Virus record (IMG/VR): IMGVR_UViG_3300010162_000009 | Direction: 5' to 3' (one strand) | DNA length: 64,000 bases | Origin: a virus | Lineage: Duplodnaviria; Heunggongvirae; Uroviricota; Caudoviricetes | Part shown: positions 1-9,685 of the stretch, in pieces | How the letters are laid out: each line of letters begins with the position of its first letter | Numbering within the stretch: the stretch's first letter is position 1 | Made by a program: the position numbers and the translations under genes | Notes under the pieces: generated by a model | What the model was told of the DNA's origin: nothing | Database searches by the model: none | Seen by the model: only the letters and a program-made list of their open reading frames with translations

Positions 1-576
1 AAAAATGAAATAAAAATTGGTGCGAGAGAATGTAAAATAAAAGAAATACCACAAAAAGAGTGTAATTTATTTTTAGATGAATACCACATTCAAAGCAAAG
101 CAACAGGTCAAAAACATTGTATTTCATTGTATTATAATAATGAATTAGTTGGTGTAATGACTTTTGGACAACCTCGTTTCAATAAAAAATATGAATGGGA
201 ATTGGTCAGGTTGTGCTTCAAATCGAACATAACCATTCAGGGCGGTGTATCCAGAATGTGGAATTATTTCAAAACAATGTATAATCCAACGAGTTGTATT
301 TGTTATTTGAATTTGAATCTTGGTGGCGACAACATACATCTTGAGGATTTCAAATTTGTAAAATATAATAAACCAGCTGGTTATTGGATTTGCTTAAAAA
401 CTGGTAGAACAATAACCAACAATTCATTACGTTTCAAGGGTGCGAGTCGATTTATTGGTGATGATGATTTAGTAAAATATCCGAAAGGTATGGATAATCG
501 TGAGATAATGAAGTTGGAGGGGTTTGTGGAGATGTATGATTGCGGAAATGTTGTTTATGAATATCAAAAAAAATAG
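1..576 (+). CDS. Hef-like homing endonuclease, C-terminal part (5' end outside window)
   Basis: Frame is open from base 1 (KNEIKIGARECKIKEI...). Colinear without indels and about 90% aa identical to the C-terminal part of 62250..63761. Confidence 0.75.
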   Translation, partial: KNEIKIGARECKIKEIPQKECNLFLDEYHIQSKATGQKHCISLYYNNELVGVMTFGQPRFNKKYEWELVRLCFKSNITIQGGVSRMWNYFKTMYNPTSCICYLNLNLGGDNIHLEDFKFVKYNKPAGYWICLKTGRTITNNSLRFKGASRFIGDDDLVKYPKGMDNREIMKLEGFVEMYDCGNVVYEYQKK

Positions 577-584
577 TATTTTTA
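569..584 (+). promoter_or_regulatory. AAAAATAGTATTTTTA motif
   Basis: Exact 16-mer also at 2142 (+) and 12435 (-), each just upstream of a gene start. Confidence 0.5.
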
Positions 585-588
585 AGAC

Positions 589-1398
589 ATGATAAAAACA
601 AAATCAATTTTCCGCTACCCTGGTGGAAAAACACGGATGTCTGATATAATATCTGAATATTTCAAAGATTATGATACTATCATAAGTCCCTTTTTAGGTG
701 GTGGTAGTGTAGAATTAAAATTAGGTGATTTAGGTAAAAAAATTATAACGTCCGATATTGACGAACATCTTATTAATTGTTGGCGGAGATTATGTGAAAA
801 CAGAGATGAAATGTACGGATATGCTGAACATTATTATAAATTTTTTCATTCAGATATCCCAAAAGAAGAAAAGAGAAAAATTTTTATAAAAATGAGGGAA
901 GAAGCAGGTATGTTTCTTGATGTAAGCGGAGCAGCAAAATATTGGATAGTAAATAGGTTGAGTTTCAGCGGTCTTGGATTACGAGGCGGATTTAGTGAAC
1001 AAGCAATAAAAGCGGAATTAGGACCGCTTGTTATGAAAAGATTAAAAGAGTGGAATAGACCGAAAGGTTTTGAAATACCTGTTTGTATTAGTTTTGAAGA
1101 ATTATTAAACAAATACCCCGATTTTCCTGTATTTCTTGACCCCCCTTATTATCTTAAAAAAGGTTGGTTATATCCAAATCATAAGGATTTTAATCACGAA
1201 AAACTTGCAGATATTTTGAAAAAAAGAGACACACCTTTTATGATGACTTATAACGATTGTACAGAAGTTAGAGAATTATATTCGCATGAAAATATAACAA
1301 TAGAAGACAAATCATGGTATTATGCAATGTCCAATTCCCGTAGGGGATCAGAGTTATTTATAACTCACAAAATAAAGGGAATCAATCAAAATGAATGA
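589..1398 (+). CDS. dam: DNA adenine methyltransferase (Dam/D12 class)
   Basis: RYPGGK, SPFLGGGSVEL (SAM binding) and FLDPPYY (catalytic) motifs. Confidence 0.9.
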   Translation: MIKTKSIFRYPGGKTRMSDIISEYFKDYDTIISPFLGGGSVELKLGDLGKKIITSDIDEHLINCWRRLCENRDEMYGYAEHYYKFFHSDIPKEEKRKIFIKMREEAGMFLDVSGAAKYWIVNRLSFSGLGLRGGFSEQAIKAELGPLVMKRLKEWNRPKGFEIPVCISFEELLNKYPDFPVFLDPPYYLKKGWLYPNHKDFNHEKLADILKKRDTPFMMTYNDCTEVRELYSHENITIEDKSWYYAMSNSRRGSELFITHKIKGINQNE

Positions 1399-2138
1399 CC
1401 CAAAGAGAAAAAGAATTAAATGTATTATTTAATAAAAATCACATAGTTAGAAATTGGAAATGGGAAGTAAAATTAATCCAACATTATTATATCGGCCCAA
1501 TAGATTACAACCCAAAAATACCGCTACCAGGATTTGCTGTTCCTGGTACATTAATTTCAAATCTAAATGCAGGAATAGGTAAAGGGATACCGAGTTTATC
1601 CTATGCGGTAAATACCGAAAAATATTGGTATGAATATTATAGAAGATGTGGGATAAAATCTTACTATGTAAAAAAAATAGATGGCATTGTTGATGGTTGG
1701 TTGATATGGTATCAAGACACTGAATTACCTGACGATAATATGTATGAATTTATAACAACATATGAACTTTTTTATTTACTTAATGAATGCTATCCACAAG
1801 ATTATAAAGGATATGGTGAAATTAATGAAACTTATCCTAAAGGTGAAAAAAAAGATGAATATGATTGTCTAAAAAAATGTAATTTTAAACCATGGGATGC
1901 TTGGAGTGAAAGAAGATTATTATCACATTTAAGATACCGCAGTAATGATATTGATTGTTACAAGATGGATGAAAACGGTAATCCGATAGAAGTATATGAG
2001 TCAAAAAGAAGTCAACGTGAATTGGAAAGTGCTCTGGTAAAATGTAAAGGACATTACGATTTCAGAAAAATATTTCACAGGGAAATTGAGGGATTAGAAC
2101 TAAAATTCGTAACAGACGATAAAGTTTTTTTGAAATAA
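1395..2138 (+). CDS. Hypothetical protein, possible C-terminal PD-(D/E)xK nuclease domain
   Basis: 247-aa ORF with ATGA overlap to dam; NDID...EVYESK resembles D...ExK. Confidence 0.55.
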   Translation: MTQREKELNVLFNKNHIVRNWKWEVKLIQHYYIGPIDYNPKIPLPGFAVPGTLISNLNAGIGKGIPSLSYAVNTEKYWYEYYRRCGIKSYYVKKIDGIVDGWLIWYQDTELPDDNMYEFITTYELFYLLNECYPQDYKGYGEINETYPKGEKKDEYDCLKKCNFKPWDAWSERRLLSHLRYRSNDIDCYKMDENGNPIEVYESKRSQRELESALVKCKGHYDFRKIFHREIEGLELKFVTDDKVFLK

Positions 2139-2141
2139 AAG

Positions 2142-2157
2142 AAAAATAGTATTTTTA
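2142..2157 (+). promoter_or_regulatory. AAAAATAGTATTTTTA motif
   Basis: Intergenic, 27 nt upstream of ATG 2185. Confidence 0.5.
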
Positions 2158-2184
2158 ATGAAAATAAAATAAAATTTAAATAAT

Positions 2185-2640
2185 ATGAGTAATAGTAATT
2201 TGAAGAAGTTCAAGCACGAAACTTCACAAGATGTTTTTCCTTCTGCAAAGGAACTTGCAATGGAAGCAACAAAATTAGGTGTTACACCACAAGAGTTTGT
2301 AAAACGTTACCACTGGAATATGTTTTATGCTCAGAAGTGGAATACAGCGCAATCATTTATTGCAACGGTTGTCAACGTAAAAATCCAAGAGTTAGAAGGT
2401 GGTCTCAGACAGGCGTATTTAGAGTATGCAGTAAACGCCGGAAAAGAAAACGAAACTAAGGGTGAATTATTGGTAGGTATTTTAGATCCAACCGATAAAA
2501 CAAAACCGGTAAATGCAATGTGTACAAAAATTGTTTCTTTAAAAGGAAACAGGGTGATAGTTTATAAGGGTTATCACATAAAACCAGACGCAGAATTTGC
2601 TATTCTGTTGGATGTAGATGAATTAGTTTCTAATACTTAA
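2185..2640 (+). CDS. Hypothetical protein
   Basis: 151-aa ORF, A-rich start, fits gene packing. Confidence 0.8.
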   Translation: MSNSNLKKFKHETSQDVFPSAKELAMEATKLGVTPQEFVKRYHWNMFYAQKWNTAQSFIATVVNVKIQELEGGLRQAYLEYAVNAGKENETKGELLVGILDPTDKTKPVNAMCTKIVSLKGNRVIVYKGYHIKPDAEFAILLDVDELVSNT

Positions 2641-2654
2641 TACTTTAAAATACA

Positions 2655-3788
2655 ATGGCAAAAGTTCCAATAAAAAAGAAAACCCCAACAGACCTTAAAG
2701 GTATGAGTTGGGAAGATAAAATGAAACTTCTTAAGGAGTTTAAAGAAGAAAATAACATAATCAAGGTTGAAAAGAAACCACAAAAATGGTTAATATTACC
2801 AAAGGCGTTTGAAGATGCTACCGACGTTTGCGGCATCCCTCTTAATACGGTTAGTTGTGTTAAAGGTCATACCAACACCGGAAAATCAACATTTGTGTTG
2901 GAAATAATAAAAGCGTGTCAACATCAGCAAATAATGCCGGTGGTGTTTGATTTAGAAAATTCTATAAAATGGGATCATGCGAAAGAGATAGGTGTCCAAG
3001 TAGATGAAACTATTGACGAAGAAACAGGTGAAATAAGTTATCATCCGGGTGAAAATATGATATATTATGACACAACAACCTTATATGAAAAATACGCTTG
3101 TTATGATCATTCAAAAAGTCAAATGACACCAAAACCAACCAGACCAACCTATGTTATAGAAGACGTTGCGTTATGTATTAGAACAACGATTGAAAGACAA
3201 AGAAATGGAAAATTACCTTTTAATCTAATGTTCATTATTGATAGTATTGGATGTAGCGATTGTTATAAATCCGCCGTCTCAAATGCAAGTAACAACATGT
3301 GGTTTGCAGGTGCACTTTCAATCTCCTTCCAAACAATATTAAACGATTTAATCCCTTCTACGCAAAATGTAACAAGCGAATACGATAATAGTTTGTTTTA
3401 TGTAAATAAGGTTTGGAATGCCATGACACCCAATAATTTGGTTGTTGCTAAAGAAAAAGGTGGGATGAGTTTTCTTTATGCCACCCGTTTCAGTATATTT
3501 TTAGGAAATCAAGGATCTTCTGGATTGAAAAAACAATCTTTTAGTTATAAGGGTGTAAATTACGCATATGGAAATGTCGTTAACATAAAGATAGACAAAA
3601 ATCATATTACCGCTATTGAACATTCAGGTGAAATAGCATCCACAAGAACAGGATTATGTTCAGTGAAAGACTTGGAAGAATACAAAAAAGAACACCGACA
3701 GTTTTTAATGAAAGAGATAAAGGAAAAAACTGGCGTTGATGTTTCAGAAAAAGATCTTGAAGAAGTAGAAACCATAACAGACGAATAA
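2655..3788 (+). CDS. uvsX: RecA/UvsX-like recombinase
   Basis: Walker A GHTNTGKS, FDLENS, Walker B FIIDSIG, GG-x-x-F-x-Y loop, KIDKNH near the C-terminus. Confidence 0.85.
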   Translation: MAKVPIKKKTPTDLKGMSWEDKMKLLKEFKEENNIIKVEKKPQKWLILPKAFEDATDVCGIPLNTVSCVKGHTNTGKSTFVLEIIKACQHQQIMPVVFDLENSIKWDHAKEIGVQVDETIDEETGEISYHPGENMIYYDTTTLYEKYACYDHSKSQMTPKPTRPTYVIEDVALCIRTTIERQRNGKLPFNLMFIIDSIGCSDCYKSAVSNASNNMWFAGALSISFQTILNDLIPSTQNVTSEYDNSLFYVNKVWNAMTPNNLVVAKEKGGMSFLYATRFSIFLGNQGSSGLKKQSFSYKGVNYAYGNVVNIKIDKNHITAIEHSGEIASTRTGLCSVKDLEEYKKEHRQFLMKEIKEKTGVDVSEKDLEEVETITDE

Positions 3789-3789
3789 T

Positions 3790-4014
3790 ATGTCAAAATT
3801 AAATGATGATTTGATTAAATTAGTAAAACAAAATTACAGTTATACAGAGGAAGCTATCCGTTGTGAAAACTGTGAATATATTCATACCCCTGATATGGGT
3901 GAATATTATTGTACTAAAATGCTACCAAAAGAAAAAATTAAAGTTTTTGCAAATGGTAGATGTGAACTTTACTGTAAAAGAGAACCAACACTACCGTATC
4001 TTAAAAAGTTGTAA
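3790..4014 (+). CDS. Small Cys-rich hypothetical protein
   Basis: CENC...YCT...RCELYC; tightly packed. Confidence 0.7.
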   Translation: MSKLNDDLIKLVKQNYSYTEEAIRCENCEYIHTPDMGEYYCTKMLPKEKIKVFANGRCELYCKREPTLPYLKKL

Positions 4015-4018
4015 AACC

Positions 4019-4246
4019 ATGGATATACCCGATGATTATTACGCACCGATATTAAAACATCCAGAAGAAATGGCAGATGAATATTCTAAAACATGGAATT
4101 TGGAAGAGTGTGCGAGAAAATCTTTTTTAGCTGGTTTTGAAGCAAGACAACCGGAAATTGAGTCTTTACATCATAGGATAGATTATTGGGAAAATTTGTA
4201 CTATCAAGAGTTAAACAGAGATAAAAATTTAAATGATAATCAATGA
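4019..4246 (+). CDS. Hypothetical protein (AGxxxRxPE family)
   Basis: Start re-called to ATG 4019 to remove the overlap; contains FLAGFEARQPEIESL. Confidence 0.65.
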   Translation: MDIPDDYYAPILKHPEEMADEYSKTWNLEECARKSFLAGFEARQPEIESLHHRIDYWENLYYQELNRDKNLNDNQ

Positions 4247-4497
4247 CAAAAGAAGATTTTATAAAACAGTATATTGATGAGCATAAATGGTATCAACAGT
4301 GTCAGGCATCAGAAGATGTTATTAGAACAATTTTCTCTGCTGGATATAATTCACGACAACCTGAAATTGATAGATTATTGCAACAATTGATAGACGTGAA
4401 AAATCATATCAAAATGTGTGATACTAGATGTTATATGTTCAGTGCTAGTATGTCGTTATTGAATAATATTAGAAACGTCGAATACGAATACAAATGA
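4243..4497 (+). CDS. Hypothetical protein (AGxxxRxPE family)
   Basis: ATGA overlap; contains FSAGYNSRQPEIDRL. Confidence 0.7.
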   Translation: MTKEDFIKQYIDEHKWYQQCQASEDVIRTIFSAGYNSRQPEIDRLLQQLIDVKNHIKMCDTRCYMFSASMSLLNNIRNVEYEYK

Positions 4498-4853
4498 TAC
4501 TAAAAGAAGAATTGGCAAGAAAATATTCTGGTTGTTATCTGTCTCCAAAAATACCTTGTAGTGAATGCACTTATTATAATAATTGTCATCATATGAAATT
4601 GAAGGATGCGGTTTTATATGGTATAGACCTTGCGGAAGAGTGGACACATGTTACTTGTGAATTACCAGAAATAAACAAGGAAAAATTACTTGTAAGAGTA
4701 GAAGTAGAAAGTGATTCTGTGAAAAAAATGAAGAGAAATGTGTTCGCCAGATATTATACAAACACCGAAGCAAATAATAAAGATGGTTGGCATATAAACC
4801 ATTTGGGTGAAAATTTTAAAGTAGAATGTTGGAGATACGTAAATAAACCATGA
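4494..4853 (+). CDS. Hypothetical protein, DUF551-like W..V..ELPE segment
   Basis: ATGA overlap; N-terminal CSEC..YNNC, then WTHVTCELPE and a terminal WRY. Confidence 0.65.
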   Translation: MILKEELARKYSGCYLSPKIPCSECTYYNNCHHMKLKDAVLYGIDLAEEWTHVTCELPEINKEKLLVRVEVESDSVKKMKRNVFARYYTNTEANNKDGWHINHLGENFKVECWRYVNKP

Positions 4854-5062
4854 AAACAAAAGAAGATTTATCAGTTGATTATGCAAATAGAAATTCCCAA
4901 ATTTTGATTGAGGATTTTACAAAAGTACGAAAAGCGTATATAGCAGGTTGGGAAGCAAGGGATCCGGAGGTTCGTAGATTACAAGAAACAATTGACGAAT
5001 TGAAGGGTGCGATAGTGAAACACACTGTAAAATTAGTTAGAATAGGGTGTAGTAACGACTAA
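4850..5062 (+). CDS. Hypothetical protein (AGxxxRxPE family)
   Basis: ATGA overlap; contains YIAGWEARDPEVRRL. Confidence 0.7.
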   Translation: MKTKEDLSVDYANRNSQILIEDFTKVRKAYIAGWEARDPEVRRLQETIDELKGAIVKHTVKLVRIGCSND

Positions 5063-5105
5063 AATGATTTCACTCACATAAACACACACAGAAACTTCTT
5101 TATAT

Positions 5106-5146
5106 AAAAAAACATCGTTAATATTGAAAAATTAACGGTGTTTTTT
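5106..5146. terminator. Intrinsic terminator-like hairpin
   Basis: ACATCGTTAAT/ATTAACGGTGT stem with an A-run before and a T-run after, following the small-gene cluster. Confidence 0.65.
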
Positions 5147-5168
5147 ATTTTATTAAAAAAATATTATT

Positions 5169-5381
5169 ATGCCAGTAGATTTAACTAAACTATCGTTGGA
5201 AGAACTCCACATTTACAAAACACACGCCTTTCAAACATTGGGTAAATTGGAAAGGTTGTTAGGAAATATGTCGAGAGATGGGACAAGTAATTCCTATGAA
5301 TATAAAGATTTCACTGTCTTCGGTAGCATGTATAAGCAACTCGAAGAAGAGATGAACGACAGAATTATGAAATTATTTTAA
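5169..5381 (+). CDS. Hypothetical protein
   Basis: 70-aa ORF, AT-rich start. Confidence 0.7.
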   Translation: MPVDLTKLSLEELHIYKTHAFQTLGKLERLLGNMSRDGTSNSYEYKDFTVFGSMYKQLEEEMNDRIMKLF

Positions 5382-5382
5382 A

Positions 5383-6426
5383 ATGAATCTAAAAGACAAA
5401 TTAACTCTATATATTGGCGGTTTACTTGCCGGCGGAGATGTTATTATAAATAATAGGAAAGATGACATTCCGGTTGGTATTACTATTACTCAACAGAAAG
5501 AGTTAGGTAGTAAATTAATGCAGTCGCTTGTTAAAAAGGAGGTTACACAAGAGGTTGCTGAACTTCGGTGGCGAATGTATATGTTGGATAGAGAAATGGA
5601 AAACTACACATTGGTCAGAGATCCATCAACAGGAGAATTGAAATCGGTAAAAAAACATCCGGAATTTAGTAAACCAAAAGTCTTTGAAGAAAAAAATAAA
5701 AGAGTTGTTATTGTTCAAAATACAGAACCACTTAAAAGTGGAAGCGATAACGGATTTACCGAAGGAATGAGATTACATGAACTACATAAAATTAAACAAA
5801 TATATCCACTAAAATTTGAAAGAGGTGATATATCAAGGTATGAATTTGATAAATCATGTTACCAAATAGTATTAAAACAAACTGGTAAAAAAAGAATCAA
5901 ATATTATTTAGACTTTTATTTTTATACTATTCCAGATCCGTATGAAAGATCAAGGCGACTCACAACCATGGAATTACAAAAAGCATTCGATAAGAAAATT
6001 CCAATAGAATATGTAGATGATTGGAATAATGTTTCTTTTACAACACATAATTCTTGGGGTGTAGATTCTTGTCTTACATATAAATTAGAAAATAAAAAGT
6101 TTGTTGATATTCATAAATGGGGAACATTTTTTGTTGTGCAATATGAAATAAAAATCCTGGAAAAAATTGACGATATTGAAAAATATTATGAGGAAAATAT
6201 TCAAAGAGAGTATGATAATAAAACAGAACGTAGTGATAGATATATAAACCATTCAATAACAGGTGATAATGATACATATCGTGATGAACGTTGTGATAAA
6301 TGTGGAAAACTAATGGAATTTAAAAAAATTGAAACAGCAGACTATCATTTAACACGAGAAACATTTGGGATAGGTATGTGTGTCAGTTGTTTACAAGAAT
6401 ATTTAAAAAATAAAGAATTGATATGA
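5383..6426 (+). CDS. Hypothetical protein with C-terminal zinc ribbon
   Basis: 347 aa; CDKC...CVSC at the C-terminus. Confidence 0.8.
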   Translation: MNLKDKLTLYIGGLLAGGDVIINNRKDDIPVGITITQQKELGSKLMQSLVKKEVTQEVAELRWRMYMLDREMENYTLVRDPSTGELKSVKKHPEFSKPKVFEEKNKRVVIVQNTEPLKSGSDNGFTEGMRLHELHKIKQIYPLKFERGDISRYEFDKSCYQIVLKQTGKKRIKYYLDFYFYTIPDPYERSRRLTTMELQKAFDKKIPIEYVDDWNNVSFTTHNSWGVDSCLTYKLENKKFVDIHKWGTFFVVQYEIKILEKIDDIEKYYEENIQREYDNKTERSDRYINHSITGDNDTYRDERCDKCGKLMEFKKIETADYHLTRETFGIGMCVSCLQEYLKNKELI

Positions 6427-7016
6427 AAAAGAAAATATACATAGATATAAACGATACTGTTAGAGAATTTTCAAAACAGTATATAAAGTATTTCAACATT
6501 GCTGCAATTGACAATAAATTTAATCCTGATGAAGTCAAATACATAGAAAATGACTTGTATTCACCATTTAATTTTCCTTCAAAAAAAGATAAGGAAGATT
6601 TTGAAATGGATAAATTTGTTTTCGAGGTTTATGGTTGCGCCAAACCAACTCATTCAGCACTACCAGGAAATTTTAACACTTGGTTGAATGATATTCAGGA
6701 TGAAAACCCACAATTGGAAGTATGGTTTATATCTCCTGGTGAATATCATACACAGCGTCAAGCAACGTTATTCTTTTTATCGAAAATATGTTCTAGGGTA
6801 AATGGGGTGTATTTTCCAAAAAGTATTAGAGAAACATGGGAAGAATGTGATATTTTAATTACAGCAAACCCAAAATTTTTAGCAGATATTCCGGAGGGAA
6901 AAAACGTTATTAAAATTAAAACCCTCTATAATAAAAAAATAAAATCAAAATATTCTTCTAATAATTTTATGAATATTATATTGGAAGATAACAATTTAAT
7001 AAAATCACTAATATGA
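6423..7016 (+). CDS. HAD-family 5'(3')-deoxyribonucleotidase-like protein
   Basis: N-terminal IYIDINDT (DxDxT variant) and C-terminal CDILITANP. Confidence 0.65.
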   Translation: MKKKIYIDINDTVREFSKQYIKYFNIAAIDNKFNPDEVKYIENDLYSPFNFPSKKDKEDFEMDKFVFEVYGCAKPTHSALPGNFNTWLNDIQDENPQLEVWFISPGEYHTQRQATLFFLSKICSRVNGVYFPKSIRETWEECDILITANPKFLADIPEGKNVIKIKTLYNKKIKSKYSSNNFMNIILEDNNLIKSLI

Positions 7017-7378
7017 AACAGTTTCAAAGCGGTGTAAATTATTATTTGAATATTGAAAATATTGTAAAATATTGTTCTGGTTCGGATGATGGTAAAGCAA
7101 CACAAACAGATATTACCGAATTATATCGTTACGAAAATGAAAATTTTGATCTTGTACAAAAGCAAATCAATAATAGTACTATAAAGAATGGGCAATTGAA
7201 AACCATAGATACATATAAGTATGATATTGTTAAAGGTTTAATTCAAATGTTATTTCAAGTAGGATTCAACGTTGATGGTACGATGACACGAGAATTTTCG
7301 GTTGGTGAATCAGTTGTCTGGAACACGCTAATTATATATGGATTTTTGACAGAAGTAAAGGAAAAAGTAGATGAGTAA
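7013..7378 (+). CDS. Hypothetical protein
   Basis: 121-aa ORF, ATGA-coupled. Confidence 0.75.
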   Translation: MKQFQSGVNYYLNIENIVKYCSGSDDGKATQTDITELYRYENENFDLVQKQINNSTIKNGQLKTIDTYKYDIVKGLIQMLFQVGFNVDGTMTREFSVGESVVWNTLIIYGFLTEVKEKVDE

Positions 7379-8834
7379 CATTAGAGATAGAAAAGCAGAA
7401 TTATTTGGAAGAATTTCTTCTTGTCGAACATTTAGCGATGCTTATCCTCAATTATTTGAAATAAATTCTTGGAAGAGCGTCAATTCTTCTGGTGATCAAC
7501 TTGAATTTATGGTTGATTTATTTTCCGCTCTTGGATCAATAGACCAACTTCAAAATGCTATTTCAAAAATATTATTAGAGAAGTTGGATGTTATGGAACA
7601 GGAGGTAAAGGAGGCGTTAAAAGCATCTCTAAAATCTAATATATGTTGCAATATTAATCCTTCATTATTTAAGGAGGATATTGACTTTAGTGTATCGGAA
7701 TTTGATTTACTTAATATGTTTCAAATCAACCCTAAATCAGAAGTTGGTAGTAGTAGTTATTTTGATAATTACTCCGGCGAAGAATCAGAAGATATGAATG
7801 TATTTTTATATGAAGTAATAACAAAAAGTGGTGTTAATAGACCATGGTTTCAATATAACCAATTTAATGATTATACAGAACATTTAAAAAGCAGAAGGGG
7901 TGGTATAGGGTGGTTCACATTTAATGAGAACAAAACCGTTGACGGAATAATAAATGAAAATGTTCTTAGTTTAAGTGTGTTACCACCGATAGGTATAACA
8001 TCGCCAAGCGAACCTTATAAAACTCTAAATGATTGGACAAGCGACTACATAGATAGCATTAAATTTTTTGATAAAGAAACGTTTGTAAAACAACTAATGG
8101 CAAAAATATTTGGTGGTTTCGGTGGTAGAGGGTTGTCAAGTGAACAAATTGTATTACAACAACTGTTAGAAGAAATACTTAATAGAATGTCACAATGTCA
8201 AACCGGATCTTCTGAATCAGATGATTCTTTTTTTTCATTTGATAATACGATGTATAGTTTAATGCTTGAAAAAGCAGAAAAACAAAAAGTTGGTGATTAC
8301 GAGTATGATCGATTAACAGGAACTGCTGTAAGAATAACATTGGAGGATATTACAAAAGCGTTTGAGGGATTAGACCAAAAACATAGTTTTGAAGAACAAA
8401 AACAAGTTTTCTGTGATGGTATAGATATTCTTATAGATCAAGCAACCACAGGTAATCCAAATATTAACGAATCAGAAAAACAACAATTTAAAAAAAATCT
8501 TCTGAAAAGTCTTTTAAATGAACTTTCACTTGCATTTGGAATGACATTAATAACACCAAAAATATACATAGTTATATTAGCGAATATGCGATTAATGGGT
8601 ATAAAAACTAATTATGATGCTACAACATTTATTCGAGATAATGTTAATCTTGTAAGTTATATTGTTGGTGCTATTAAAGACAGTATTTTAAAACAAATGT
8701 TGAGAGAAATAAAATCAATGGCAAAAAGATTGATGGGTTTAGTTGTAAAAGAGATGATTAAAGATAATAAAAAAAAATTCACTAAAACACTAAGAGGGTT
8801 ACTACCTGGCGGTAGAAGAAGAAAATTACTGTAA
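7371..8834 (+). CDS. Hypothetical protein, probable virion protein
   Basis: 487-aa ORF leading into the baseplate genes; function inferred from context only. Confidence 0.7.
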   Translation: MSNIRDRKAELFGRISSCRTFSDAYPQLFEINSWKSVNSSGDQLEFMVDLFSALGSIDQLQNAISKILLEKLDVMEQEVKEALKASLKSNICCNINPSLFKEDIDFSVSEFDLLNMFQINPKSEVGSSSYFDNYSGEESEDMNVFLYEVITKSGVNRPWFQYNQFNDYTEHLKSRRGGIGWFTFNENKTVDGIINENVLSLSVLPPIGITSPSEPYKTLNDWTSDYIDSIKFFDKETFVKQLMAKIFGGFGGRGLSSEQIVLQQLLEEILNRMSQCQTGSSESDDSFFSFDNTMYSLMLEKAEKQKVGDYEYDRLTGTAVRITLEDITKAFEGLDQKHSFEEQKQVFCDGIDILIDQATTGNPNINESEKQQFKKNLLKSLLNELSLAFGMTLITPKIYIVILANMRLMGIKTNYDATTFIRDNVNLVSYIVGAIKDSILKQMLREIKSMAKRLMGLVVKEMIKDNKKKFTKTLRGLLPGGRRRKLL

Positions 8835-8847
8835 AAAATAATATGAA

Positions 8848-9234
8848 ATGGGATGTAAATATTCAAATGAAAGAATTACTGGTGAAATAGAAGAAATATT
8901 TAATAGAAATATACCACTTTTTCCGGAAGTACCAACAGCACCTTTAGCGTTTGGTGCAGAAAATAGACCCGGCTTAAATTCAAAAAAAATAAGTTCAGAT
9001 ATAATATCAAAATTTTCTACCGTAGGTATCGAGAACGGAGACAACGTGTGGGAGAAATATACCCATTTGGTTGTTAGTACATTAGTGGATGCTATTGTAT
9101 ACGATTCTTCAGTACAAGTTGGAGTTAAACCTAATGCTATTCAAATGTTAAGTCAAGGGGCAAATGCTGGCGGGCCGGTAGTCAGTGTTGGGCAAAATAT
9201 TACCCCGTTTAGCGCAAGAGGAATTATCTTTTAA
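8848..9234 (+). CDS. Hypothetical protein, probable baseplate/spike-associated
   Basis: 128 aa directly upstream of the gp25-like gene; Gly/Pro-rich beta C-terminus. Confidence 0.65.
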   Translation: MGCKYSNERITGEIEEIFNRNIPLFPEVPTAPLAFGAENRPGLNSKKISSDIISKFSTVGIENGDNVWEKYTHLVVSTLVDAIVYDSSVQVGVKPNAIQMLSQGANAGGPVVSVGQNITPFSARGIIF

Positions 9235-9249
9235 AATCGTTTTTTACCT

Positions 9250-9257
9250 TATTTATA
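9250..9257 (+). promoter_or_regulatory. TATTTATA putative late-promoter box
   Basis: 20 nt upstream of the gp25-like ATG; recurs before many structural genes. Confidence 0.5.
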
Positions 9258-9277
9258 ATAAAAATACGATTTTTAGA

Positions 9278-9670
9278 ATGGCTAGAAATAGAAAGTTTTA
9301 CGATATAAAATTCCCAATCACTCGTGAAGATGAGAGTCAGGGATTTTATCTTGATTTGAACAAAAACAGATACGAGGCAATACGTTCATGTATCACACAT
9401 CTGATTTTTACTCCAACAGGACAAAGATTGAGAAACCCTCAATTTGGTTCAAATCTTGTTAAAATGTTATTTATGCCGAATGATGAACTAACACAATCAG
9501 AAATAAGGGAAGAATTAAACTCTTCAATTAAAAAATTTATACCAATTGTTAATATAAAAGGTATTGAAGGAAAAGTAGACGAAAGTGGAAGAGGATATGT
9601 AATGCACATTGATTACGGAATTAATGAAGGAAATTTTGAAGTCGAAGATAGTATTGATATAACAGTGTAA
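9278..9670 (+). CDS. Baseplate wedge protein, gp25-like
   Basis: IKFP...IRSCITHLIFTPTGQRLRNPQFGSNL pattern; start re-called to ATG 9278. Confidence 0.85.
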   Translation: MARNRKFYDIKFPITREDESQGFYLDLNKNRYEAIRSCITHLIFTPTGQRLRNPQFGSNLVKMLFMPNDELTQSEIREELNSSIKKFIPIVNIKGIEGKVDESGRGYVMHIDYGINEGNFEVEDSIDITV

Positions 9671-9685
9671 TAGAATTTAAATAAC

